The notes beneath the pieces are model-generated. The model did not search any database, had not been told where the DNA came from, and was given only the letters and a program-made list of their open reading frames with translations. A stretch of 64,000 bases of DNA from positions 9,156,283-9,220,282 of the forward strand of contig OZ316892.1 of the NCBI GenBank assembly GCA_973895155.1, in the 5' to 3' direction. This DNA is from Marsupella aquatica. Lineage: Eukaryota; Plantae; Marchantiophyta. Shown here piece after piece: positions 52,201 through 64,000 of this stretch. The position numbers and the translations under genes are program-made. Every line of letters starts with the position of its first letter. The first letter of the stretch is position 1.

Positions 52201-54029
52201 AGTAGAAAGTTGAGTCAAAGCATAAATGACTTAATTCTTTGCAAATAATAGGAGTAATTGGAAAAAATGACATAAGCAAATATAGGCATCTAGTACCTAA
52301 ACCCTAAAGGTATGCCGGAGAGTGTTATTGGCAACCTTGCATACCCTGGTACTCCAATATGTGAAATGTGAATACGACTTAAGGAATGGTAACATTTCCA
52401 AAGTCCTTTGCATATATAGGAAATATGTAACTAATGGGTGCAAGTATAGATTCATACATACTTACTAGAGATGATGGAGCCTTTAAGTTGTATATCAATT
52501 ATGAAACTCACAACAAAAGCAAGGTTTGTTGAGTCTCTAAATGTATTTATAATCTAATATGTACGTGCCCCCGGTCTTTATACTACCATTCATGTGGAAG
52601 ACTTATCATACCCTAAAACCCTAAATCAAATACTAAACCCTAAACCTCAAAATAGTCATTTATTGTTTATCATGTCATTAATCACTTTTGGTTTAAATGA
52701 CTACTAAACACTGATATTTGCATATTTGTTTTATTAGTCATTAGTCACCGTTGTCCAAATGACTTCCCAAATGTAAAACATTGATATGATAGGGTTTTTG
52801 TCAATTGTGTCATTGACAAAGACTGTCCAAAATGACTACAACTCATCAGTGTTGTCATTATAGAAGTCAAAGTCATTTGGCTAATTGGTTTAAATGACTC
52901 TATTGCAATTACTAGTCATTTTTTTCACTGTCATTATAGACAGTTATTTATGTGTCATTCATGTCCTGTCATTGAAATATATTGTCATTTAGGCACATAA
53001 GTCATATGTGTCATAGTCATAAAAGGCCCCATTTTCTACTAGTGGCACCAGGTATAATTTCTGGCCTGATTAGGGTTTTCTTTTTCTTCCTGCCCAGGGT
53101 GGCTTTTGTCCCCTGGGTGGTTTGTGCTGGTTCCGGCCCTGTTCCGGCTCCTTTTTCACAAAAAACAAAAACAAAAAAGAACTCTCTAAACGCACTCTCT
53201 CAAGAAGACTGATCTGGTGTGCACTAAACCAGTTTTGTATTCCTGATAAGTGCAAACCCCCTAAAATTTGCACCTATTGATAAGTAGCCCTTTGCCAATG
53301 AGCAGTCTAGCTGGTGACTTGTTACACAAATTGTACATCCTTGCAGTAAATTCAACTGTCCAACTCCATTTAAGTAAATTTTTAACTCTACTGAGAAAAG
53401 GCGTACACTTATCAGTAAATGCAATATGATGGGATTGTGCACTTACTGGTAAGTGTACACCTTTTATTACTGGATTACAAAATGCACTTGTAGAGTATGT
53501 TTCTCTTATAAACCTGTCATTTAGGAAGATCATTCCAGGCCTGTCTGCCCTTAGAAAAGATGCAAAAAAAGTGCAAAGTCCGTGCAAAATAAATGGGAAT
53601 AACGTGATATCTTGCACTAAACCAGTTTTTGTGCTTACGGAGCGTGCGCTTAGACGATGCGTTGTCACCATCCTAAACAGTCTCACCAAATTCGTTCCTG
53701 TACAATATCCGATTCATAGCTGAAGTCTGAAGAGGAGAGTGTCTCTCTCTGCGTTTTCAATCTGTCACTGTACTCGAATACAGAGCAGCTAGAGCTCAAT
53801 CGGATTGGCTAACTTTCGAAGCGAGTCGAATTGTTGTGGGCCAATTCGGTTCTGTGAGCAGGAAAAAAACTTTCCGGAAGCATACCTGAGACTGAAATGT
53901 TGGGATCGGTATATGTCACCTTGATTGACAACCGGCAAGGAAATCGTTTGCAGCCTTCGTTTGAATTACCCAGTAGGTGGGCTCTGCAAGTCCGAGTCCG
54001 AGCAAAGATCTTGTTGTGGAAGATAAACA

Positions 54030-56808
54030 ATGGGAGAAGGCAAAGTGGTTTTGGAAAAGAGTGACGATGATTCACTGCCAAGAATCTACACCTTGATGAG
54101 TGGGGAGCTAAAGGTCACGATCACAGAATGGGGTGCCACGATTATGTCTCTGATGGTCCCGGACGCGAAGGGTATGTATCTTTTCTCAATTTTATCTCAG
54201 ATTCGTGGAGTTTAAATTTAGTTTGACATTGTTGCGTGGGATCTTAACTGAATGGTAGTTCAGCTCTGTACCTGATTGTCTGCTGGCAATATGGTCTCCC
54301 TCTAGCATCCATGAACCTTGGAGAATCAGTCATTCTCGTTCAACTGCACTTTCTTCAATTGAAGATAGAAAGACTCCAACGGTTTGAAAATCATTGTTCA
54401 CTGTTCGGATTGAATCTATCTGGCGCACAGATCGGATCTTTACTTGTTAACGTCCGCTCGCTGCTACTGCTGATGTTGTCTTCAACCAACTGTGATTGTT
54501 GCAGGGAATGTGGCAGACGTTGTCCTAGGGTTTGACACGCTTGCTCCCTACATGGCAAGATTTCTTTTCACCTTCCCCTTCCCCCCTAAACACACAGGCA
54601 CACGGTCCCCCTTCTCTTTCTCTGGGGCAATTGCTTACAGTGTAAAGTTGGGGCCGGCCTAAATTGGGCCTAATGAAGCGGATTACTCATGTGATGCATT
54701 AATGAAGCGGATTACTCATGTGATGCATTATCATTTATTTGCTTTGTGAAGTGGGCTCGAGCATACTAATATTTCATTTCGTAAATGGTTCTTGGCCATT
54801 TTGTTGGGCAGTGATACAGTCAGTTTCCTGACTGAAAATTTATAAATGTCTCTATATAGGAGAGTTTTACATGAGCGTTTCTCGACACCTTAATTTCAAG
54901 TATACCAAAATTTCCGATTACCAAGGGCCCTGAGTAGGTTTCATTTCAAAATATGACATCTTAGGTCTTGAACATCTTGCCCCTTGGACAAGTAGAGCAC
55001 TCTGCACTATAACTCCTGCACGGATACAACAACAAAGGTGCTGGAAATGAGAGTGAAATACAAAATTTATGAGAATCCTGATCGTTGTTGATCACTGGAC
55101 GAAGAGAAGAAGAACGAGTGGAGACTACATGCCCAGAACTGAACAAAGGCGATTCTGCGATTGATGACCTCAGTTAAATGCTTTTCTTCCATTAAAACCC
55201 GATACGGTGCTAGTCATTGTTTGTTAGCCCAATAAATTGGAACGAATCGAGAATCTCTTGAAGAGAACCGAGTTTCTGCAGATTTAACTCGAACCAACGG
55301 AGAACATCTGTCATAGCTTGTGATATGAATACTTTGCATTCTTTCTTAATGCCATCTATAACTTCCATTGTGTGAGAATGGCTGAGAATGATGCTCAATC
55401 TCTAACAGAGCTGCTATTTCGCCTGCAGGATGGTGTCTCATCGCCCTACTTTGGTGCGATTGTAGGCCGTGTGGCCAACAGAATTGCCGGGGCAACCTTT
55501 ACTTTGGATGGCAAAACCCACACCCTTTATCCCAATGATGGTCAAAATACTCTCCACGGTACTGCAAGCACTTTCGGAGGACTCAAAGTTGTCCTAGTAT
55601 TTCGAAATTTTTCTTACCATATGAATTTTGTGCCTTGAAGCTTTGGCTCGTTTGACGTTCATGTCTTCTGGTCAACTTCTTCCTTTGTGGACAAAGAGAG
55701 GATTTCTGAAAAGAGTGGCCACTGAGATAAGAATGAAGAGTTAGACACCTGAAATTTTGTAAATCCACCAAAGACTAGTTTGCCTTAAATTTTAGGCATT
55801 TTCCGATTAAGCTCCTGGTTTACCTTAGCAGTGTGCGGGAGATTGATTGGCAGGAGGACTTATCGGGTTCGACAAGGTTTGTTGGCAATCCAAGGAGGTC
55901 AAAGACTCCAGGGGACCTTCTGTACAGTTCACGCACCAGAGCAAAGATGGTGAAGAAGGTAATCTTAGTCAAATACTTATCCATCAGAGCCTCTCAAGAT
56001 ATCTTGGATACGAAGTTGTATCCCTAATTTTTCGTGCATTCTTTTGAGGCTTTCTTTATTGCATTTAGTCCTACTGGATAGAATCTTATCCACCCTTTAC
56101 ACAGAAAGTTCTCAAGCAGATTTTCTGATTACACCAGGCTTTCCCGGAGACTTGGAGGTGTCAGTGACTTACACCGTAAGTGAAGCCTTGGAGCTACACA
56201 CTGAAATGTCAGCAAAAGCAGGAAGCAAGGCTACCCCAGTCAACCTAGCCAACCACACTTATTGGAACTTGAGTGGAGCAGGAAGTGGTGACATTCTTGA
56301 CCACAAAATTCAGATCTGGGCATCTCAGATCACCGCAGTGGACGAGTTGTTTATTCCCACAGGTGAGTTTCTTTCTGTTAAAGGGACTCCCTGGGACTTT
56401 TTGGAAGAGCACTCGATTATGTCACGCATAGACCTAGTTCCAGGTCCGGCACCTGGCGGCTATGATCACAACTACGTCCTGGGCGGCACCCTGGACGCAT
56501 TTGAAGGATCCAGAACTGATCTGAGGAAAACTTCAAAAGCTGTGGATCCCGCATCTGGCCGTGTCATGGAGCTCTTCACCAATGCTCCTGGAGTGCAGTT
56601 TTACACTGGGAATTTCTTGGACCACACGGTGGGCAAGGAAGGCAAAGTATACAAGAAGCATTCGGCCTTCTGTTTTGAGACCCAAGGATTTCCGAATGCT
56701 ATGAATCAGCCCAACTTCCCATCGATCATCGTGCAGCCAGGGGAGACTTACACGCATGTCATGGTGCACAGATTCTCCACAGGCTCTGGTTCTCAACTAC
56801 CGAACTGA
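54030..56808 (+). CDS. GALM: Aldose 1-epimerase (galactose mutarotase), 365 aa; exons 54030-54171, 54505-54554, 55429-55558, 55854-55958, 56138-56808
   Basis: Motifs DVVLGFD, PYFGAIVGRVANRI, NTLHGG, DGEEGFPG, NLANHTYWNL, GYDHNY, PGVQFYTGN, FCFETQGFPN; exons sum to 1098 nt in frame; intron 2 uses a GC donor. Confidence 0.95.
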
Positions 56809-57608
56809 CTGAGATCCAGCTTTGCAGCAATTTGAGATGGATTTTGAAGCTTTTTCTCAATATGTTTTCAAAAAGATGTGTCAGTTAACTCTGAACAATA
56901 AGGTTTTGGGAGCCAGAAGTATTTGGGCTCCACTCACTCGGGATAAGGTAGGAAAATTGTGTACACGGGTTGTAAGCTCGTCCTTTGGTCTCGTCCCTGT
57001 TTTACAAGTCTACTGAAAGACTGGTTGGGTTTGGTAACCCCAAAGCTTTGGAATTTCATTGACAGGTTTGATGAAAAGACAACGGAAATTACCAATTTTA
57101 ATAACCATTTCTGTTCACCTATCAAACTCGCCCAGTTTGGCAATAAAAGTCCCATTTCATCTTAAACAGTTTTCAGAATCGTTGCACCATTTCAAAGTTT
57201 TTTTGCAATGCATAAAAGTGAAAACTAGATGGACAGCTAAGATGGGATTTTATTTGGATAGGATTTCTAAGCTTCATGAGATCTATGAAAAATCTACATT
57301 TTAAATAGGATGACAAGGATTTAAATAGAACATTTGACTTCAGACAAAGAACATTTTGGGATTCCATCCAGGATAGTCCTGAAAGCGTACAAGCCCCACT
57401 GACCATCACACCCCTTACTCCATCACTCGTTGACACTCTTCCCATTCCCATTTGTTGGAGCAACAGATGCAAGTCTCGGACAAATTGCTGCTTCGTCTTC
57501 TTTTCCACTGAAGGGCCGGGAAGCAGGGAGCTAAGGCTGATCAAATTGGAAGGTGAAGAAGGTGGTGTGACATTCGACTGTTTCTTCTAACGGTGATAAA
57601 ATTGGAAG

Positions 57609-57958
57609 ATGAATAAGGTGGTGTGCCCAGAATGTCACAGGGCAGCAGAGGTAGTGGTCGATCATGCGGCAGGGGACATGGTGTGCTCAGAGTGTGGATT
57701 GGTCCTGGAGGCCCATTCGATAGACGAGACCTCTGAATGGCGAACGTTCTCCAACGAGTCGTCGTCTAACGACCCCGTCCGTGTTGGAGGGCCCTCCAAT
57801 CCTCTCCTCACTGACGGCGGAATGTCCTTAATCATCACGAAACCAAATGGGGCTCAGGGAGATATCATGTCGTCGCTGGGCCATTGGCAGAACCGCGGCT
57901 CCAATCCCGATCGGTCTCTCATCATCGCGTTCCGCTTAATTGCCACCATGGCTGATCG
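57609..57958 (+). CDS. TFIIB: Transcription initiation factor IIB, exon 1 (zinc ribbon and B-reader); later exons not found in window
   Basis: CPEC...[32 protein letters not shown]...[16 protein letters not shown]...MADR, followed by a GTGAGT donor at 57959. Confidence 0.9.
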
Positions 57959-59859
57959 GTGAGTTTGTTGCGCTTTAATCTTCTCCAAAAGCACAATTTC
58001 TTCCAATAGCGTCCGGTAGACTTCGGGGCTGTTTTGTCATCTAATGTACCTCCAGCTACTTTAGTTGGTTTTGGTAGTATGTGAGGCCCTTAACACCACA
58101 ATCTGCCGTCTACAAGGGGTCCACTTTACTTCTGCAATCCCTAGAATATTGGTCAAGTCGGCATATCTCTATTGGCAAGACGTCCTGTGGTAACGGGGCT
58201 GCAAGAGCTCATTGAAGGTCCATATGATTGAAGCGGTTGCATAAATGAAGGTGGGGCATAAGGCCCTGCTTGCACCATACAGGAGGAGGAACCCTGAAAA
58301 CCAGAAGCTAAAATGTCAGGGATTTTTTCGGTTGACTAATGAGACGTCTTATGTCCAGACGGCCATCGCATCAATGATCCAAAACAATAACTCATCATAA
58401 GACTTGCCCCCCACCATCATCATTTCAATCTTCAGAGTCTTTACATTACTCAGAGCTAAAAATTGAGAAAAAATGAATGACAAACAGCAAATTCTGAATT
58501 GCTTTCTCTCATTTCATCTCTCTTCTCATGTAAAATCCCAGTCTTCACCATTTCTTCTCTTGATCCTCAAAAATTAAAATATAATCATCTTTCAATCACT
58601 TGTCAACTTCCGTCCTTCTACTTTCCTCGACGCTCTTACTCAATGTTCTTCAGTATTGTTCCATCCCGCTCATTTCTTCCTCAGAATGTACTCAAGAAAT
58701 GGAGTTTCTCGCACAGCTATGACCTGACTGTCTCAGTGGGTTTTTCTGGCTTCCTGGCCACATTGAAGAAAGCACTGATCGTGCTTCTCTGGCACATTGG
58801 TTTCTCTCACTGGCCACAAGCAGTTACCCCCAAGGTTTCAATTTGTAAAAGATTTTCTTTGATCGGTGCACTATTCTCTCTCCTCTGTATTGGTTTCTTC
58901 CTTGCGCTACGTGCGCTTGTGGCTCACTTGTCGGCAGTTAATAAAACTTCTGATTTCACCAAAAATTAGTTAGTGTACCCTTGGCTAATAAAATTAGGGG
59001 GAAGAGTCCATCTGAGCCGTCTCTATTTCTTATCTCCGGAAATCTCGTCCGTCCATCATAATGGTCAATCTATGGCTCAAATTTTTTTTCTCAAATAGAT
59101 CTATGGATGGGTTCTGTCCATTTTGCAAATGGGTTAATATTTTTCAAATGAAAAATTAAACAAATCCAAGCTTTCCTAGCCGTCGATTTTGTTGATTTTA
59201 CGATCTTTGCTGTCCATTTTGTAATGTTTCTAGAAATCTTATTCATCCATGTTAGAAGGCGATCTAGGGTGCAAAAGAAATATCTCAATGAGATCTACGA
59301 CTGGATATTTTTTGTTTTGAGAATGAGTAAATAGTTTTGAATATAAAATTCGATGAACTTTCAAGATTCCAGCCATTCCTCCTCCCCGATCCTGGGTTTC
59401 TATGTGCTCTTCCTAGTATTAATGGCCGTACAATACAAGAGGTCCTTACACACCGGGAGTTGCGGTTTAACAAGGAAGTTATCAAGTTAGTTATTAGTCA
59501 TTATTTATTATATGAAAAATACTTTTTATAAATTTTTGAATTTAAGTTTTAAAATTGGAAATGTAACTAAAACGGTTACATAGTGACAGTTTTAATCATT
59601 TTGCTCTTTGCAGTTCCAATGTTTTTACTTTTCTTTTTATGGCACGGCGTCCCAAAATTTACACCCAAATTGACACAAACATGAATGAAAACTATAAGTT
59701 TGATTCACAAAACCGACGAGTCTTGTTTGTTGCGGTTGTTGTTGATGTGGCACGCTGTGGTGCCAGGAATAATTTTGGAAGGGACCTCTAGTGGGGTCTA
59801 TAACTAGTTCTACACGCAAAATTAATTCAGTTCATTAAGTGCCACATTGAATGACAAAA

Positions 59860-62800
59860 ACTTGAAGACTACAGCCCGCGACTGCAGTATACATGCAGCA
59901 AGGAAGACACACAGGAGCTTACCGGAGGGAGTGGTGGCGGAGGCGGCAGTGGTCCTCCCCCCAAATTCGCTTGACTAGGGCCTCTGTAAGGGAGTGCAGA
60001 ACTGGGGGACTGGCCATAATTCGGAGGAGGTCCGGGAGGTGGACTGTAGGGTTGTTGAGGAGGACCTTGAGTCTGACCGCTGCTAGTAACAGGTGCACCC
60101 CTGTGACTTTGAGGCCCCACTAGCGGTAGTTTGCACCACCTCCAGGATGCACCGATCTTGTCTGCCATGCTTGGGTTGCCATCCCTGGCAAGAACAACGT
60201 CGAGATGATAAGAATTACTTGCCCCGATTCCCCAAGCCAGTTAGTGTGGATGGAATAAGCAGCGAAGGGCACAACATGTGCATAAACCCCTATTGCTTCG
60301 TGCAATATTTGCTCAACTCGTTTCTCTCCACAGCAGATTGAGCTAGCTTGCAGCAAGTTGTGGATCATTCGAGATGGGTAGAAGGTAGAATGCTTGTTAG
60401 CTTGGGCAAAGAGAGCATGAAACGAACATGGCAATGGCGGACGTGATAAGGAAACGAATAGGGCGTCTCGATTCGAACGTCGTCCTGTTTTTTATGGTGA
60501 AAATTGCAAATTCCACTGTACACAGTTCCGTACAAATTGTTTATGTGAAGACTTGCCAGTTGCGGGGAAGATCTAAGGGTCCTGTTTAGAACAACAAAGA
60601 ATAGAGTGACAAACAACAACAAACAATTGAACGATAAACGGATAAACCAGCAAAAGGAATTGAGTGAAGTGCTTGGATTGCACCTCCTCTCTGTTAGATT
60701 TAGAAGTCCTCCCAGATGTTGCTTGATCGACTATCGAACCTTTGAAATCTGGAGTAGATGTGAGCCGGCATTAGCTGCGAAAAAGAACCTGAGATTGGGA
60801 TCAAGTTGCACCCTATCTGTTGCAAAGCCATGAACGGCGTTCTCGTCAACTGCTGTACATCCGCTCCTCATCCTTCCATGAAGCATCAGACTCCTCAATG
60901 GGCTCCTCATGTGATGTGTCGGTCCATTCTGCCCTCGCTTCAACCTGCACTTGGCTCGCACTTGGGCAATTTCATACATTTGAGTAGAAATAATTAACTG
61001 AAGAACTCTGTGAGTTCACAAAGTAGAATACAATGAAGGGTAGGGAAATGCATGAGCAATGTCAATACTCTGTGGGTCTTCATAACATTACCTTCTTCAC
61101 TCCAGCACCATGAGTACAAGATTTCAATTTCTTGTACATTGCTGCAATGTTGGGCATGTAATTTTGAATCGCCTTGGGCTTACGGTTTGCCTTCCACAAC
61201 TTGTACTCATTCTCACCCATAGTCTGATGTCGTGGCCAACCATGCTCCTCGTCCCAAAGCAGACTTTCACGCTTTGTACACATCCTCTGAAGAGCATCAT
61301 TGCATAGGTCAGCCCGTTGTAGTGCCATGGCATCATGGATTTCAACAGAATTGATTGAAGCATCAACTGGTTCAAAGAAATTCCTCATGACTAGCATTTT
61401 GGATGAGTCTTCCAATTTTGAACTCATCTAATTAGGCAAATGCACTATTTGGAATACCAAGCTCTGCTGGTCCATTCACATACATATGATGAATTTGGGC
61501 ATTGCAAAACCAAGGCCTACAAGTGACCCCAATCACGGTCATTGGTGAGGGATTCCCAGGCCTGGAAGCCAAGTTTGGGCATCATGAATTCAAAGAAATT
61601 TAAGAACATATTTGCAGATGGAATCGTTGGTACGTGGTGGGTGTTGTAACCGGTTTTGTTCAAATTGGGTGACAAACTTGCTTTCAGTCATTGCGTTGCA
61701 CAAGAAACATGGCCACATGTTGGATGGGAGAACACAATGCGCTTCAATAATACAATGAACCCTACTGAACAAACTTTTGACAATTGTGAGCTCATACTTG
61801 ACCCTTGTCTTTGCCATGTTCCATCGTTGTCTTAATGTTGGCGGATTCTGCCTCGCAGCATTCCTTGCCTCTCGTTGTTGCTGTGCAACAACGTCTTTTG
61901 TATACAACGATCGAGGTGTCCCTTCACTAAGATGACCATGCTTCTTGGATACAATGGCAGCCATATGTGCGAACATTTTTTAAAGGTACATTCTTGCAAG
62001 GCAGCGTCTTGCACATAGTGCCATTCCCATATTGAGAGAAATGAATTTCCTCTTTAGCTTTCAATGTCAGTGTTGATTCCTGCTCAAAAGTGTAACAAAC
62101 AAATCATGGTGAATGTCATTGTACAGTTGCAATTGCACGAAAATAATTGCCCATTCATGTATAAAGATGACATGCATCCCTTCTTACCAATTTGCAGTTG
62201 GCACACAGTTTGCGCAATGCTGCACATTTACAAAGATCTGCATGCTTTTGCTCCAAAGTCCCCATTGGAGACAGTATGTCTCCCGATACGCTACGTCTGC
62301 GGGTCCCTATCTTGGGGCCTGGATCAGAGTCCTCCACATCACTGTTACATGTAACTATGTCTATATATTAGACCACTCCCCTCCCTTTTGTTTCAAAACA
62401 TCGGGGCTGTTCACTATACTGAACCCCAACCTTAGCTTTTTGTGGAGTAAACTTGGCGGATTGAACAGGGATCGTTGACCCAACATTACATTTCCGCCTC
62501 TTTCCTCTTGTGGTTGGCACTGGTTTGGCTGGAGGAGGCACAATGACTGCGGTGGCCTGAATTTCATGGTCCTGAATGTCAGTTCCTTTCATGCGCTCAG
62601 CACATGCGGGTAGGTACATAGTCAACATGGTGCATGGCATTGGGGGCATGGGGTGAGAGGACTCATCCTTGCGGGCATGTGGCGGAGAGTGAGGTAACGT
62701 AGTGTTTGGTGACACAACCTCCAACTCATGAACCGACAAAATTCTGCGATTAATCCGGAACCTCACTTTGCAGAGCGGTGCGTGCTTCATAGAATCATGT

Positions 62801-63272
62801 ATGAGCCTGAAACTGATTGACTGCCTCCATACAAGTGGGCATACAAGCTAAGGCACTTGTAGATAGACCAACTAAATATCTCGTGGCATCCCAAATGACC
62901 ACTCTCAAAGTAGACTTGTGGGCATTAGAGTTCAATGTAGCATCAGTCGTCAACACCTCAAAACAATAAAATTCACTGTAAACTCCATTTTGTAAAGCAT
63001 CATGCTCACAATGGGTGCCTTTGGGGCCTTCGATTGAGATCTTGCACAATCCCCGCTGGATCACCTCTATACAGCCTCAATACACAAAATTCTTGGGGAA
63101 AGAGTTGGTAGCACTGAATGAAATTGAGTATGACAACAGTACATGGTCCCATATACCCCGTCTCCTCTCTCATGATGGCATTTTGCACATCAAGCAGAGT
63201 TGATATCGACATTGAAATTGCCTTACCGGTAGGAAGTGACTCTGGCTGTCGTTCTCCGTATGGATGCCTCAC
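59860..63272 (-). pseudogene. Decayed TE-associated ORF(s); N-terminal part resembles the RPA70 C-terminal OB fold
   Basis: Fragments LYRGD..GLCKISIEGPKGTHCEH...FYCFEVLTTDAT...LRVVIWDATRYLVGLSTSAL...CKVRFRI; downstream Cys/His-rich and Pro-rich fragments; multiple stops. Confidence 0.4.
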
Positions 63273-64000
63273 ATTGGAATTTCCTTAGCTTAAACCACCA
63301 CTGTCCATATAAAAGGAGAAGTGTCCAAGACTCCTCACTTTTTCACATTTCTCTCCTCTAGCTGGAGACTTTGTTCCACAATATCAGTAAAATGATACTA
63401 AAAATGGTGAAACCTGGTCAAAACCTGGACAGTGACGCTCTGCAACAGTAACAACAATGCGTAAGCCGTTGCAAAAAAGTAGAATGGACAGTCACCCCTA
63501 AAACAGTAGAATGGACAGTCACCCCTAAATAATCCACTCACACATTTTTGCAAAAATGGTCCTCAGTCCACACTCTGCACATGCGCCTCACAATGGAATG
63601 TCGACTGCCAAAGTTCACATGCAATAGGTCAGGAAAATTGGGCCTGGCGGGAATGCGCATCACCACACATTCAGCCAATGGAACTGAATGGGCTGCTCAA
63701 CACACAAACTTGTAGAAAACTCCAAGTAGACACGCATAGCACACCGAATCCTGAAAATTTCCGCAAGTGGAGGGGGGGACGGGGTCCAAGCTCGCGACCG
63801 GACACACAATGGCCTGGCCGGTGAGGTGATAGTGGGCTTGGGTCCGGTGGCAGGGATTTCAATTAGGGACAGCCCGGTGGTGTCGAATGGGACATGCTTG
63901 CCAAAGCCACCCAGCCCAAAGGTCACGCTGCCCAAAAATGTACTGCGACGGTCACGAACTGTTGCTGACCTGTAAATGCCTGGGCCTTACTGCCAGATCG

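Larger units (their letters stand above)
45515..53044. mobile_element. Large non-autonomous CACTA element (left end degenerate)
   Basis: Right TIR TTTTCTACTAGTG ends at 53044; dense ATGAC/GTCAT subterminal motifs at 45530-46150 and 50100-53020; CACTAG at 45515 but no matching TSD. Confidence 0.6.

Noticed and set aside
58499-58969. 156-aa hydrophobic ORF
   Set aside because: Non-ATG start in T/C-rich intronic or TE sequence; no motif and not TFIIB-like

Overview
Eukaryotic, intron-containing plant DNA; a bryophyte or liverwort origin is inferred from gene and TE content but not proven. The window is dense in transposons. Four host genes can be modelled: a small secreted two-exon protein (-, 18249-18844), an euAP2-type transcription factor whose second AP2 repeat has decayed (-, ~25816-28440), an intact aldose 1-epimerase with a GC-AG intron (+, 54030-56808), and exon 1 of a TFIIB gene whose later exons are not in the window (+, 57609-57958). 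The most unusual object is a decayed DNA transposon (~3.2-16.2 kb). Its ~1250-aa transposase can be rebuilt across two nested insertions: three tandem TnpA/En-Spm-like domains fused to a Sola-like DDD core. It has a divergent partner gene and a set of 17-bp palindromes whose orientation flips at the divergent promoter. Also present: a 3.1-kb ORF-containing LTR with only its PBS attached, two CACTA derivatives, at least seven MITEs with CYC...GRG termini and 8-bp TSDs, and multi-kb inverted arms bracketing the AP2 gene. All family assignments come from motif recognition by eye; no database searches were run.
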